Below are positions 1 to 12,000 of a stretch of DNA of 64,000 nucleotides, in pieces (the first letter of the stretch is position 1; every line of letters begins with the position of its first letter). The translations under genes were made by a program, and so were the position numbers. The notes below the pieces were generated by a model. That model did not search any database, was not told the DNA's origin, and worked only from the letters and a program-made list of their open reading frames with translations. Origin of the DNA: Magallana gigas (lineage: Eukaryota); contig NC_088860.1 in NCBI RefSeq assembly GCF_963853765.1, positions 30,380,001 through 30,444,000 on the forward strand, given 5' to 3'.

Positions 1-682
1 ACCCAGATCTAACGTGTAATTTGTTGACTATCCAGCTTCCTTAATACCTGCAAGTATCTGATAACTTCAGACAATGTAACAAACTTTTGACTGGTGTTCT
101 ACACAACAGAATCATTCAACAGATCAATGGAAAGTGCTTAGTCAAGCTAAGATAAATAAAGAGAAAATGAAATTAAGAAAATTTGAATGATAAAAAAATT
201 GATTTATAAGTCTTTTTTTCAATCCTATCAATTTCATTACATCATCAGAGACACAAATTTTGTGTGATGTGTATTTGATGATGATCAGATGGTATCATCA
301 AACCAAATGACAGAATGGCCAGCTATAACCTTGTTACATGTGATGTGGGTGTACAAATATATACAGCAGTCATTGTTTTCCCATCAGTTACACTGGGACA
401 GCTTTTATCTAAAATTTATTTTTTCATTAATTTATGATAGTGCAATAAACTACTATGTAACCGATAAACATTCGTAACATCCCTTGTGAAACATTTATCA
501 AAAACTCAATAATTCAATAAGTAAACCTTGAAAAAAATGCATGTCACTTTTTTTTTTAAACTTTCATATACATTGTGCTGATGTCGAATGTAATATGTTT
601 TGATAATTTACCATTATGTAGCCCCTCCTTACCACTGGAAGTTATTGTTTTACCAAAACTAAACATACTATACATGTATTTA

Positions 683-1900
683 AACAAGAAACCCATGGGC
701 TTTATCGGTCACCTGAGTAAATGCAGTGTGGCTGTGGCGATGTACATTTAAGTGCATTATATATAATTACAAGGCTAAAGAAATCATTTTTAAAATTCCA
801 GGATTGTTTAAATTCTAATAAAATTTTCAAAAAATTGTAGCATACCATACAGTGACATAATTGAACAAATCTTTAGTACAAAAAAAATAACTGGTCAAAA
901 TAACACCACCCACACACATCATTAGAGGCTTTAGAGCCCTGCCCAAACACCAGTACCCCTGACCCAGGGGCATGAAATTCATAACTTTGGAAGAGGCATT
1001 CTTCCTCATCATAATTATGTCCATCTGCTTAATATTCAGGAGGAAAGGAGAAGATTTTCAAAGAATTAATGCATTTTCACTTTATAATCATTAGAGCCCT
1101 GCCCTAACACCAAAACCCCTGAACCAGGGGCCAAGAAATCAACAATTCATAAAAAGACATTCTTCCTCATTATAATTATGTACTTGTTCATAGGCTTAAT
1201 ACCCAGGAGCAGAGGAAAAGATTTTCAAAGAATTAATGCATTTTTACTATATAATCATTAGAGCCCCACCCTAGCACCAGAACCCCTGACCCAGGGGCCA
1301 TGGAATTAACAATTTTGGAAGAGGCATTCTTCCTCATAATTACTATGTACTTAGTTCTTTTGCTTAATATCCAGGAGCAGAGGAGAATATTTTTGAAGAA
1401 TTAATGCATTTTCTCTATATAATCATTAGAGCCCCGCCATAACACCAGAACCCCTGATCCAGGGGCCATGAAATTCACAATTTTAGAACAGGCATTCTTC
1501 CTCATCATAACTACAGTATGTACTTATATAATTATTAGAGCCCCATCCTAGCGCTAGAACCCCTGATCCTGGGGCCATGAATTTCACAATTTTGGTAAAG
1601 AGCTTAATGCTTATGACAATCATGCCAGCAGTTTGATTGCTTGGTGTCCAGGGGTAAAGAAGAAGATTATTTAAAGATTGCATTAATTTTGATGGTTTTA
1701 GCCCAACCCCTCAGGCCCCATAGGGGCAGAGGCCATGAATTTCACAATTGTTACTCCTCTTCACCTATAGATGCTATATGCTAAATTTGGTTGAAATTGG
1801 TTCAGTGGTTCCTGAGAAGAAGCTAAAAATGTTCAAAAGTTTCTGACCGACGAATGATGACGGACAAAAATAGCTAGCAATAGGTCACCTGAGTGACTTT
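683..1900 (+). mobile_element. Non-autonomous Helentron/HINE-type element with internal ~160-170 bp tandem satellite (3' end truncated)
   Basis: Starts aaacaagaaacccatgggctttatcggtcacctgag, resembling the 5' end of the element at 22306. About 5 tandem units contain ccagaacccctgacccaggggccatgaaatt (units near 951, 1110, 1278, 1446, 1553). It ends gacggacaaaa...ggtcacctgagtgac. Confidence 0.7.
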
Positions 1901-2438
1901 GTGCCAAGTTTGGTTGCGATTAGATCAGCGATTTTGCAGAAGTAAAAAAGTGTAAAAAGTTTATAGACAGAATGATAGTTGGAAACTGGACAAAAGCGCA
2001 ATTATGCTCAGGTTACTCATTTTCAAGTCAATTCAAAATATGTTTTTATTTATATACATGCATTAATTTAATTCTTTATCATGATATTCATCTCTTTTTC
2101 CCCCTACACTAACAGGTGTCTAAATATTACAGATTTTATACAAGTGTACAGAAAGCAATAAAACTTTATGGCTTTAACTCTACTGAGCCTTAAAAAATTC
2201 TAAGAATGTTACCTATATTATGTACATAATCTGAATAATAAGGTCATAGATAAAAGCATGATCAACTCAATTCTTATGGAACTTAGCAATTCTAATTGTA
2301 TTTTAATCAAGATTCTTTAACCCCCGAAAATGAAACTGCTGGGATTATCATTAGGATACATCTGTTACACAGATTAAATATCAATATCAGGTTCTTTATC
2401 TTTTAAATGATAAAAATTCCACAAAAAAGAGTTAATAC

Positions 2439-2446
2439 TTCTCTCT

Positions 2447-2506
<60 letters not shown>

Positions 2507-2519
2507 TTCTCTCTCTCTC
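2439..2519. repeat. (CT)n microsatellite
   Basis: Interrupted CT dinucleotide run just downstream of the RFT1 exon 5 donor. Confidence 0.95.
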
Positions 2520-2529
2520 CTACACTTAC

Positions 2530-5500
2530 TTGAGCAATGCAGAAGTTTATTAAGCCCCACTGTGGAAAATAGATGACTAGGAATGCAGCAACAACACATT
2601 TCAACAGTTCTGACAATGCCACAGATACAACCTGTAATTAAAAACATATAAGCGCATCTCTGATTGTATATATCACAAATGCTTCACAAACTTATATTAA
2701 TAATTATCATATAAAGCTAAGAAAAAAGATGTTTGATTTGTTGGTGGAGTAAGTAAATATATGTAACAATTAAGCTGTTCCCTGGGAGGTGGAATGTTTA
2801 AAAATTTAGTTTGTATCATGATAAGCTCTAATACATGTACAAAACCCATCTCCAAATATCCAATTTTTAAATATTCTATAAAGTTATATATATATTCGAT
2901 AAATGTTCCCACATTGACTTATGAAAAAAAGTATTAAAAGGGTACTATAAATGCATGTATTGATAATCTTGCTTAGTATAACTTTATTTTCCATGAAAAA
3001 TCAAAACAATTAATTTGCATGATACAAAATTAATTTTTCCAGCAGTATATCAAATCACATGCAAAATTAAAATTGCTAATCTCCAAGCAGCTAAAATATT
3101 GAAATACATGTATCAAATGGTAGTCAATTCTGTCTAAAGTATGTTCCAACCATTAGAAACATGTAATTATGAATGCTTGTAATAATTGACTTACCCTGAG
3201 TCTGTTAAACAAGTGGCACTGTCCAATAATGAAGTGGGGCCTGGCTAGTGTAGTGATTATAGTGTTCAAACAGAAGCACAAGACACCAACTCCATAGTAA
3301 GGAATGCTCTCTGGATCCGGACTCTCCAATCCATACATCCAGATAGATCCAAATATAAAACACACAACGATACTCATTGGAAACCTGAAATAGAGATAGT
3401 TAGAACATAGGCATCATACATTCAAACTCTAAACAAATTAGTTCTTGACTCATATGCTGATTAATAAATTGGGGCTGCCATGGCCAGGGTAAGTGTACAA
3501 GTACATGCAATCTGTAAGTGCAACATCCACACAACTTTGTTCCATGTAAGTTTAACCTACTGAATATAATATATACACCACAACATACACATCATTAATT
3601 CATTAAAAACCCAAAACCTATGAAGGTATTTTATTTTTAAATGTTAACATAGTAAAAGCTTTCTTTGAACAAAGTTTCAACTATATAAAGAAGGCACCGT
3701 AATGATTTCCCTCGGACCAGCATCAGGCTCCTACTATCACTTACTCACATCAGATTGACTATATATATAGCTATCACTTACGTTAGCCACATCAGATTGA
3801 CTAGCTATCACTTACATTGGCCACATCAGATTGACTAGGCTATCACTTATGTTAGCCACATCAGATTGACTAGGCTAAGCTATTACTTATGTTAGCCACA
3901 TCAGATTGACTAGCTATCACTTATGTAAGCCACATCAGATTGACTAGCTATCACTTACATTAGCCACAACAGGTTGACTAGTTATCATTTACGTTAGCCA
4001 TATCAGATTGACTAGCTATCACTTACGTTAGCCACATCAGATTGACTAACTATCACTTACGTTAGCCACATCAGATTGACTAGCTATCACTTACATTAGC
4101 CACATCAGGTTGACTAGCTATCACTTACATTAGCCACATCAGATTGACTAACTATCACTTACGTTAGCCACATCAGATTGACTAACTATCACTTACGTTA
4201 GCCACATCAGATTGACTAACTATCACTTACGTTAGCCACATCAGGTTGACTAGTTATCACTTATGTTAGCCACATCAAATTGACTAGCTATTTATTACTT
4301 ACATTAGCCACATCAGATTGACTAGCTATCACTTACATTAGCCACATCAGGTTGACTAGCTATCACTTACGTTAGCCACATCAGGTTGACTAGTTATCAC
4401 TTATGTTAGCCACATCAGATTGACTAGCTATCACTTACGTTAGCCACATCAGATTGACTAGCTATCACTTACATTAGCCACATCAGGTTGACTAGCTATC
4501 ACTTACATTAGCCACATCAGGTTGACTACCGGTAGTTATTACTTACGTTAGCCACATCAGATTGACTAACTATCACTTATGTTAGCCACATCAGATTGAC
4601 TAACTATCACTTACGTTAGCCACATCAGATTGACTAGCTATCACTTACGTTAGCCACATCAGATTGACTAGCTATCACTTACGTTAGCCACATCAGATTG
4701 ACTAGCTATCACTTACATTAGCCACATCAGATTGACTAGCTACCACTTACGTTAGCCACATTTGATTGACCACTTGTCGCCAGTCCTTGTTTTCTATCTT
4801 GCTGAGGCAGGCCTGATCGAAGGACTCGGTCGCAATGAACAGAGTGGTGGTGTATAGGAGAGTCAATCTGAGAAAACAGAATACATAACATTAAATTAAT
4901 CTGTATATAAATATAACTATAGATTGACAGAAAAATGACAAAAATACCATAATTAAATACCAGTAGAAGGCATTCACACTGCCTTAAAAAAAAAACACTC
5001 GGTTAAAAGTAACGTTACTTTATTTTAATATTTCAAGAGAAGGACAAAATTTGGAGCTCATCATTAGTAAAATTATTATTCATTAATAAATTAGTTTCTT
5101 TAATTGCTCATAATATTTTAAATGCAATATGGTATTAACAATTGATAATTTATAGCATCTCAATAGATGGAGGAGCCCAGAAAAAGTCTAATGTTTAGTA
5201 AGGGTACATAAACAACAATATTTTATCTTAGGCACCTTAAAGACACAAGCTAGGGCATTACAAAATACCACATCTAACTATAGTTTAAATAATGTTGATT
5301 TTTACCCTACAAATAAAAAAATTGAGTTTTACTTTAAAAATAAGCTCGAGAATACACTGTGAAAAAAGTAATTGCTTCCAATTTTAGATAATGCAGAAGA
5401 TTATATTCGTTGGTTTTTTTTCCTGCTTTGCTTTTTGTGTGGCATATGTACATCATGTATGCTATCTATCTGAATTATAACATAGCAAACTGGCAAGTTG

Positions 5501-6795
5501 TTTTCATCTAATAAGCTTCAATTTCTGACATTAAAATGGTTGCCTGATAAACCCGTACTGAATGACACATATTATTTAGAGAATTTCCCTTCAAGATGTA
5601 GACATGTATGCTTTTAAGAACATCTTTCAATTTGGAAGATAGATAGTTTATTTGTATGTGTGTCAAGACCTTGAACCATACTTCTGGGTTGAATAAACTT
5701 ATAAAAAATGAGTGGTGTAAATTGTCATCATTTTGTTGAAGATTAATATTTTCATCCATGATTGACAACAAACTTTCTGGGCTGACTATATATACCGGTA
5801 GTAATTCAATATCAATCACTAAAATAATCACAATTACTAAATATATGTAGATATGTATTCACTGCTCAAGCTTCTAATACAAAAAAAAAACAAACCATGC
5901 GCATGATAAACAAATATATTTATGCTGGGTTTTTTTTTTAAATTCCCCCAAAACATAAAAAAACCAAAAACCAGCATTTGGGTTTTTCCAAACTTGTGAT
6001 AGTGATCTCAGCTGTTTTGCCCCAAATTGCACTGATCTGCTGTCAGACTCTTAATAGTTTGATAAAACATGGGAGTTCTAAGATGCATCCTAAATACATC
6101 AGGTCATAAGTAATGTCTAACTTTATAGGACTTATATTCATATACCAGGTACTTGTAGTTACTCTCCAAACTCCCTTGCCAAAAAAAAGTCAAAGAATAG
6201 TGTGCACTTAATTAATTTGCCTCACCAGTGCCCATAGTGTAACAAGGATTTTTTTTCTGTCTTTCTGATTCATTTTCCAAATTTATAACAAAAATAGTAC
6301 ACTTTCAAAATGGTTTCCTTCCACAGGACATACTTAGGAGCTAAAAAAAAATTATCAAGAGTATGACCATTCTTTTATTCCATATGGATAATTTTACTGG
6401 CATATCAAACAACCATGCGAACTAAATATCAAGTTAAATGTGGGCATGTAACCTAAAAAAAATTGATATGGGTACATGGGTCCATTTCATGCTTAAATTC
6501 TCAGGTCCAGTTCAATGCCTTTAGAGTAGGCAAACACAACTTAACTATTAAAGAATGTGTAATTGTATCTTTATGTTAAATTTGTAATATTTTTTTTAAT
6601 CAACTAGTTCCAAAACTGAAAAAAAAACTATTCTTTTAGTGACCATTGCCACAGTGTAAGTCTAAATATATCTATTGATAATTGTTTACTACATGAAGAC
6701 ACTGCGTCTGCAGGGTCAAGATTCCACAAATACCACCTGCTTAAACTGTATCATTGATGGACATGGAAAAGCTTTCTCTCTCTCTCTCACTCTCA

Positions 6796-6826
<31 letters not shown>

Positions 6827-8618
6827 TACCTGACATTGACCACTCCTAGCAATTCCTTGGAAATATACCTCAGTACAACTCCATTCAGAATAAATGTCAT
6901 CATTCGAATACATAACTGAAAAATAGGATGAATCAGTAGGTCAGGATTAGATTCATACACTACTACTCTGCAATTATTTTTGGTCAAAGTTTTTTGAATT
7001 CATATAACAGTGGTCTTACAACAGCCTCAGTTTTGTACAATTGAAATCCTGATATAATTAAAAAAAATAAACTAAAGAGGTCTACCAACATTTAATTCAC
7101 TACAGACTAGGACTTCACATTTTAATTTCAAAAATGAATTATATATGAATAATTAAAAAAAAAAAATTCTTAACAAATAATCTGAATTAACGGTATTTAT
7201 ATTTACTATGTATAAAGTATATAAAACTATGTAGCTATAAAACGGTATTTTAATTAACGGTATTTATATTTACTATGTATAAAGTATATAAAACTATGTA
7301 GCTATAAAACATGGAGTGCTGCAGAATTTATTAGCTTATTAGCTAGGCTGTTCATAGCTGCAGAACTGTAGCTCTCCGGGAAAAAAAATATTGACAGACC
7401 GGAGAGCTACAGGGCCACCCATTGAAAAAATTGTATATTTATTGCGCAGAAAAACGTGCACTAGTTTTCGACTGATTTACCTTATTTATACGCAAATTCT
7501 GTGAAAACAATTAGTACCATTAAATTCTTCATGCAATTTACTACTGATATCGCCTCTTTATTTGCCTCAGACTTTCAACGAAACACGCTACCGACCTAGG
7601 AAAATCAAGTATGTTGAATTTACATCGAGATTGATAGTCGCCATTTTTACATGTAAACAAAGTGCACCACATGAATTTACGGGACTGGTGATGGTGTTTA
7701 AAAGAATATCCGAGGCAAGTGAACAGACGATATCAGTAGTAAATTGCATGAAGAATTTAATTTTACTAATTGTTTTCACAGAAATTGCGTATAAATTAGG
7801 TAAATCAGTCGAAAACTAGCGCACATTTTCTGCGCAATAAATATACAATTTTTTCAATGGGGGGGGCCCTGTAGCTCTCTGGTCTGTCAATATTTTTTTT
7901 CCCGGAGAGCTACAGTTCGTCAGCTAGGCTGTTCAATAAGTTTATAGAGATAATACCACATAGGTACAACACTCTATTGCAATGTACATCAATATCTTTG
8001 AAGCACATCTTTTAGCACTGAAGTGGAAAAAACCAATTCAAACTGGTTTATATATAAATAATTAGCATTGAATACAACTTGCTTTGTTATTACACTGGTT
8101 TGTGTTTTGTATCTTGAAATTTAATTCATAATCAGATGAAAACTACAGCATCCCTCATCATATATCATGGTATCATTCACAATCCCCCCTCCCCCATGAT
8201 GTTTTCTATAGGTAAACTGTCAACTTGATAATTATATCATTTCTCCATTTGATCTTAGATATCAGCACTCACTTTAAAAACATACATCCCCATAGGCTAT
8301 CTCTTGAAATGAGATGCATATTCGAACAAATACTTTACAGCCAAATATATATATACCATATGATGTATTTTAATTCATTAATTTAAAAAATGGTTATTAA
8401 AACTGTATAATAATTTATTTTTTAATTCAAAATATTTATTTACTGCTAAAGTAATATCAGTGTATAAATGTGTGAATTTTGAGAGAAATGTTGTTGCTAA
8501 TCACTAATCTAAAACTTGCGATCGAAAGATTAATTTATAAACTGTTCATTCTCACCTGTAGGGCCATGTTATAAGTAGCCGCTCTGGCTGCACCAGCTAA
8601 AAGATCCTGTCCTTTCAT
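2530..8618 (-). CDS. RFT1: Protein RFT1 homolog (Man5GlcNAc2-PP-dolichol translocation), coding exons 1-5; gene continues beyond the left edge
   Basis: Exons 8618-8556 ([21 protein letters not shown]), 6915-6830 ([29 protein letters not shown]), 4867-4751 ([25 protein letters not shown]), 3384-3195 (..[24 protein letters not shown]), 2631-2530 ([34 protein letters not shown]). All are GT-AG and phase-consistent. Peptides match the RFT1 N-terminus as I recall it ([35 protein letters not shown]). No exon 6 was found in 1-2529. Confidence 0.93.
3734..4770. repeat. 34-bp minisatellite (~30 units) derived from the RFT1 exon 3/intron 3 donor junction
   Basis: Unit ctatcacttacgttagccacatcagattgactag. 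On the minus strand it reads ..tgtggctaac|GTAAGTgatag, and the last unit overlaps the real exon 3 end at 4751. Confidence 0.95.
6774..6820. repeat. (CT)n microsatellite
   Basis: CT run adjacent to the RFT1 exon 2 donor. Confidence 0.9.
7355..7926. mobile_element. Foldback MITE with ~200-bp terminal inverted repeats and 9-bp TSD (Mutator-like)
   Basis: Left arm tagctgcagaactgtagctctccggg...ctactgatatcg is the reverse complement of the right arm cgatatcagtag...cccggagagctacagttcgtcagcta. Direct repeat ggctgttca at 7346-7354 and 7927-7935. Confidence 0.85.
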
Positions 8619-9037
8619 TTTTTTTTTTTAAATCGTGCTTGGATAAAATTACCACAGCGTTAAAAACTACACACTATGCACCAACAATAGCCATGCAAGG
8701 TAGAGAAAATCCTTCGAATTTCCTGACATTGCTTTTCTTTGGTGAATGAACTACCAATGAATGCTGATCCAGCTGGCCGATGCCGCAACGTCGACTAAAC
8801 CGAAAGTGAAACTACAGGTTTGAACCCGATCTTTAAATAAAATCAGGTAAATAATATTATTTGAACATAATGTTCTTTATAAAATAATAAAATAAAAATT
8901 AGTGAAAAATTAATTATTTTTATTCAATTTTGTGGGTTATTTCATTCATGACAATGTGCTTCAATGAAGATTTTGACATCAACAGTTACTCCCCTTTATG
9001 AAAGAACTCTTCAGTGTGTTATGGTTACCAGTCGAAC
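8619..9037. promoter_or_regulatory. Bidirectional promoter region RFT1/CCT7
   Basis: Start codons of the divergent genes are only ~420 bp apart (8618 and 9038). Contains gaaagtgaaact at 8802-8813. Confidence 0.7.
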
Positions 9038-12000
9038 ATGATGGTAAGTGAAATTGTGTTGTCTTAAAATCCATCCCCATCCTCGATTAGCTTAAACTCT
9101 TTATCAAATGTGAACATTGTTCTGAACTGCATGTATTGTGATGGTTGAATGTGATCACTTATATATTAGTTTTAACCTTAGCTTAGAAAATGATTTTAAT
9201 GTCTGTTTTGGAAAATATGCAAGTAATCACATGTTGTTCTGGAATGTTCAGAAAATGACTAACATGACGCTGCAATAGTTTAACAAAACTAAGAAATCTT
9301 TCTACCATAAAGAAATTTGGAAATTATTATCATATCAAATGTAACATAGTTCAGCATGCATGAATCCCCAGGAATCACAAGTTATTTTTTTAGAAAAATA
9401 CTTAATAGTTATGATTTGAGCTGAAGCTGAAAAAAAAAATACATTCCAAACTGTAAAGAAATTAATGAATAAACCATACTCAAGAGCTTGTTATTTATTA
9501 TTTTTGCTGCCTTCTTAATATAATGATAGGAAATGGATTTATATGCAAATATACAGAATGGGGGGGGGGGGGGGTTAATAGTATGAATTTCAGCTGCATC
9601 GAGTCTTGTTTCATTTATACTTATAAGTATATTTTTACTTCAAAACCAGGATAATAATATTTTAACTATTATTTTTTTTAATTTCAGCAACCACAGATCA
9701 TCTTGCTGAAGGAAGGGACTGACTCCTCTCAGGGGGTTCCTCAGATTGTCAGCAACATCAATGCCTGTCAGTCCGTAGCTGATGCCGTCCGAACAACCCT
9801 GGGCCCAAGGGGAATGGACAAACTTATCATCAATGATCAAGGTGCATATTAGTTGGAATAGCTTAGTGTGTCTCAGACAAGCCCTTCACCACAGACTGTA
9901 GTTGCAATGAAGCAAATTGGAGTGAATATGCTCCAAACTGATTTTGAAGAAAAGAGTTCAAACTATGCTGCAAAAAAATTCAAAATGTATCTTCACAAAT
10001 TTTTTTGAGCTTTTGTATTTATATATGTCCCAACATGTGACATACATGTATTCTTTGTTTTGCAGGAAAGTCCATAATATCAAATGATGGAGCCACCATT
10101 TTGAAAAATTTAGACATTGTGCATCCTGCTGCTAAAACTCTAGTAGACATAGCTAAATCTCAAGATGCTGAGGTTAGTAAATTTACTAGTTTGAATTTTC
10201 TAAATTTACACTTCTTTGATTAAAATATGAAAAGTAATAGGTCTCTTTCAGCTATGTTAAAAGGGCCAAATACATATATAAGTTTATTATTTGATTTTTA
10301 GGTTGGAGATGGTACAACATCTGTAGTTTTATTAGCTGGGGAATTTCTTAAACAATCCAAACCATTTATTGAAGAGAATGTCCATCCACAAATTGTCATT
10401 AGGGCCTTTAGGAAAGCAACAGATCTAGTAAGTTCAGATCTACATATATAATGTTACTGTAAATCCAAAGAAAAAGAAATTAATCCCTGGTTTGCAGCAC
10501 AGTTCAAATTCTTGTGTGCTTTTAACTGTTTAAGACAAATTTTTGTCTTTAGAGTTAAAAGAAATACCTCTATGATTTTGGGCCTGCTTCAAAGAGGGTA
10601 AAGTAATTGAAGTCGTGAGACTGGGTTGACAAACCATGTTGACTCAGTTCGAACTCCTTTGAACACTTGCAGAGATGTGAGATTGTATTGCATCTTGCTT
10701 GTGATTTTCACCGGATTGTTATATGTTGTGTGTAATTTAATAGTCGATTCTTATCGCGATAAAGATGTTGTGGCGTATTTTCTGCTTCCAGCATGTCTCT
10801 CTACAGCTGGTTTCAATTACTTAATTCATGATTACTTACAAAAAATTCCAATGTGCTTTCTAACTTGTTACAATTCAGCAATTTGACAAAAATATCATTG
10901 CTCATTGATATTGTATTCCTATTTTCAAAAGGCTGTTCAACGAATCAAAGAAATTTCTGTCAAAGTCAAAAAAGATGATAAAGGGTAAGTAATTTGTGTA
11001 AAAGCTTGGAAGATGATTTTGAGGAAAAAATGTTTTGAGTGAGCATCTACCAGTAGTAGTTTTAATATTTTTAATATAAATATTAACAGGGAACACAGAG
11101 AGCTTCTAGAGAAGTGTGCAGCCACAACATTGAGTTCAAAGCTTGTCGCTCATCAAAAGGACTTCTTTGCAAAGATGGTAGTGGACGCTGTCATGCATCT
11201 AGATGAATTGCTTCCTTTGAACATGATTGGTGTAAAGAAAGTCACAGGAGGGGCATTAGAGGTAAGCTAGACTAATGATTGTCCAATGTTAGCTATAGTA
11301 ATATTTTGAGGGAAAGAATGCAACAGATCCACCGATAAGTCAACTACAAGATTTGTTGCCTATACTTGTGGTGTTACATCAGTGGAAAATAAAGAGCTAC
11401 TACCTCTTGTATCAGTCTCTGGCTGTTTTAGTCAGGATAGATATGTTAGGGGTACAGCTTTCTTCCTTGAGAGTTGGTCTTGTGCTTTTCTCTGAATTAG
11501 ACCATAGCTTGTGAAGGTACACTCACATTGAGTAGATTATACTCTGTGCTATTGAAATCAAACAAGTAGTTCATACCAAGCAAGTTTTGAATATAGCTGA
11601 ATAGATAGGTTACTGGTTATGAAACATTATGTGGACGAAAATTAGTTTCTTATAAGATGCATTTTCATCATTGCTGTGTATTGTTACTTTATAGGATTCC
11701 ATGTTAGTTGCTGGTGTCGCTTTCAAGAAAACCTTCAGTTACGCTGGTTTTGAAATGCAACGAAAGCAGTATGAGAAACCCTTGATAGCTTTACTAAATG
11801 TGGAACTGGAGCTGAAGGCAGAGAAGGAGAATGCTGAAGTCCGAGTAGACAATGTTCAGGTAATCTATCAATACAAATGTCAAACATTGGTTGATACATG
11901 TATTAAGGTAGTGTTAACAAGAAAATGAATCAATGTACTTGTACCTACATGAAAACTCTTTATAATTTTAGGAATATCAGTCCATTGTTGATGCAGAGTG

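Noticed and set aside
1-2529. RFT1 exon 6 and the short ORFs at 289-477, 827-1024 and 1483-1683
   Set aside because: No segment with RFT1-like peptide and proper splice sites was found. The ORFs lie in AT-rich intron or satellite sequence.
5508-5831. 107-aa minus-strand ORF in RFT1 intron 2
   Set aside because: No recognisable domain, no convincing splice sites, and composition typical of AT-rich chance ORFs.
7562-7819. Overlapping ORFs inside the foldback element
   Set aside because: They are a by-product of the inverted-repeat sequence, with no transposase motifs.
11440-11630. Possible H/ACA snoRNA in CCT7 intron 6 (ccttgagag is complementary to 28S CUCUUAAGG; AGATTA and ACA present)
   Set aside because: I could not build a two-sided pseudouridylation pocket with correct spacing, and it is single-copy. 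Left for an Rfam scan.
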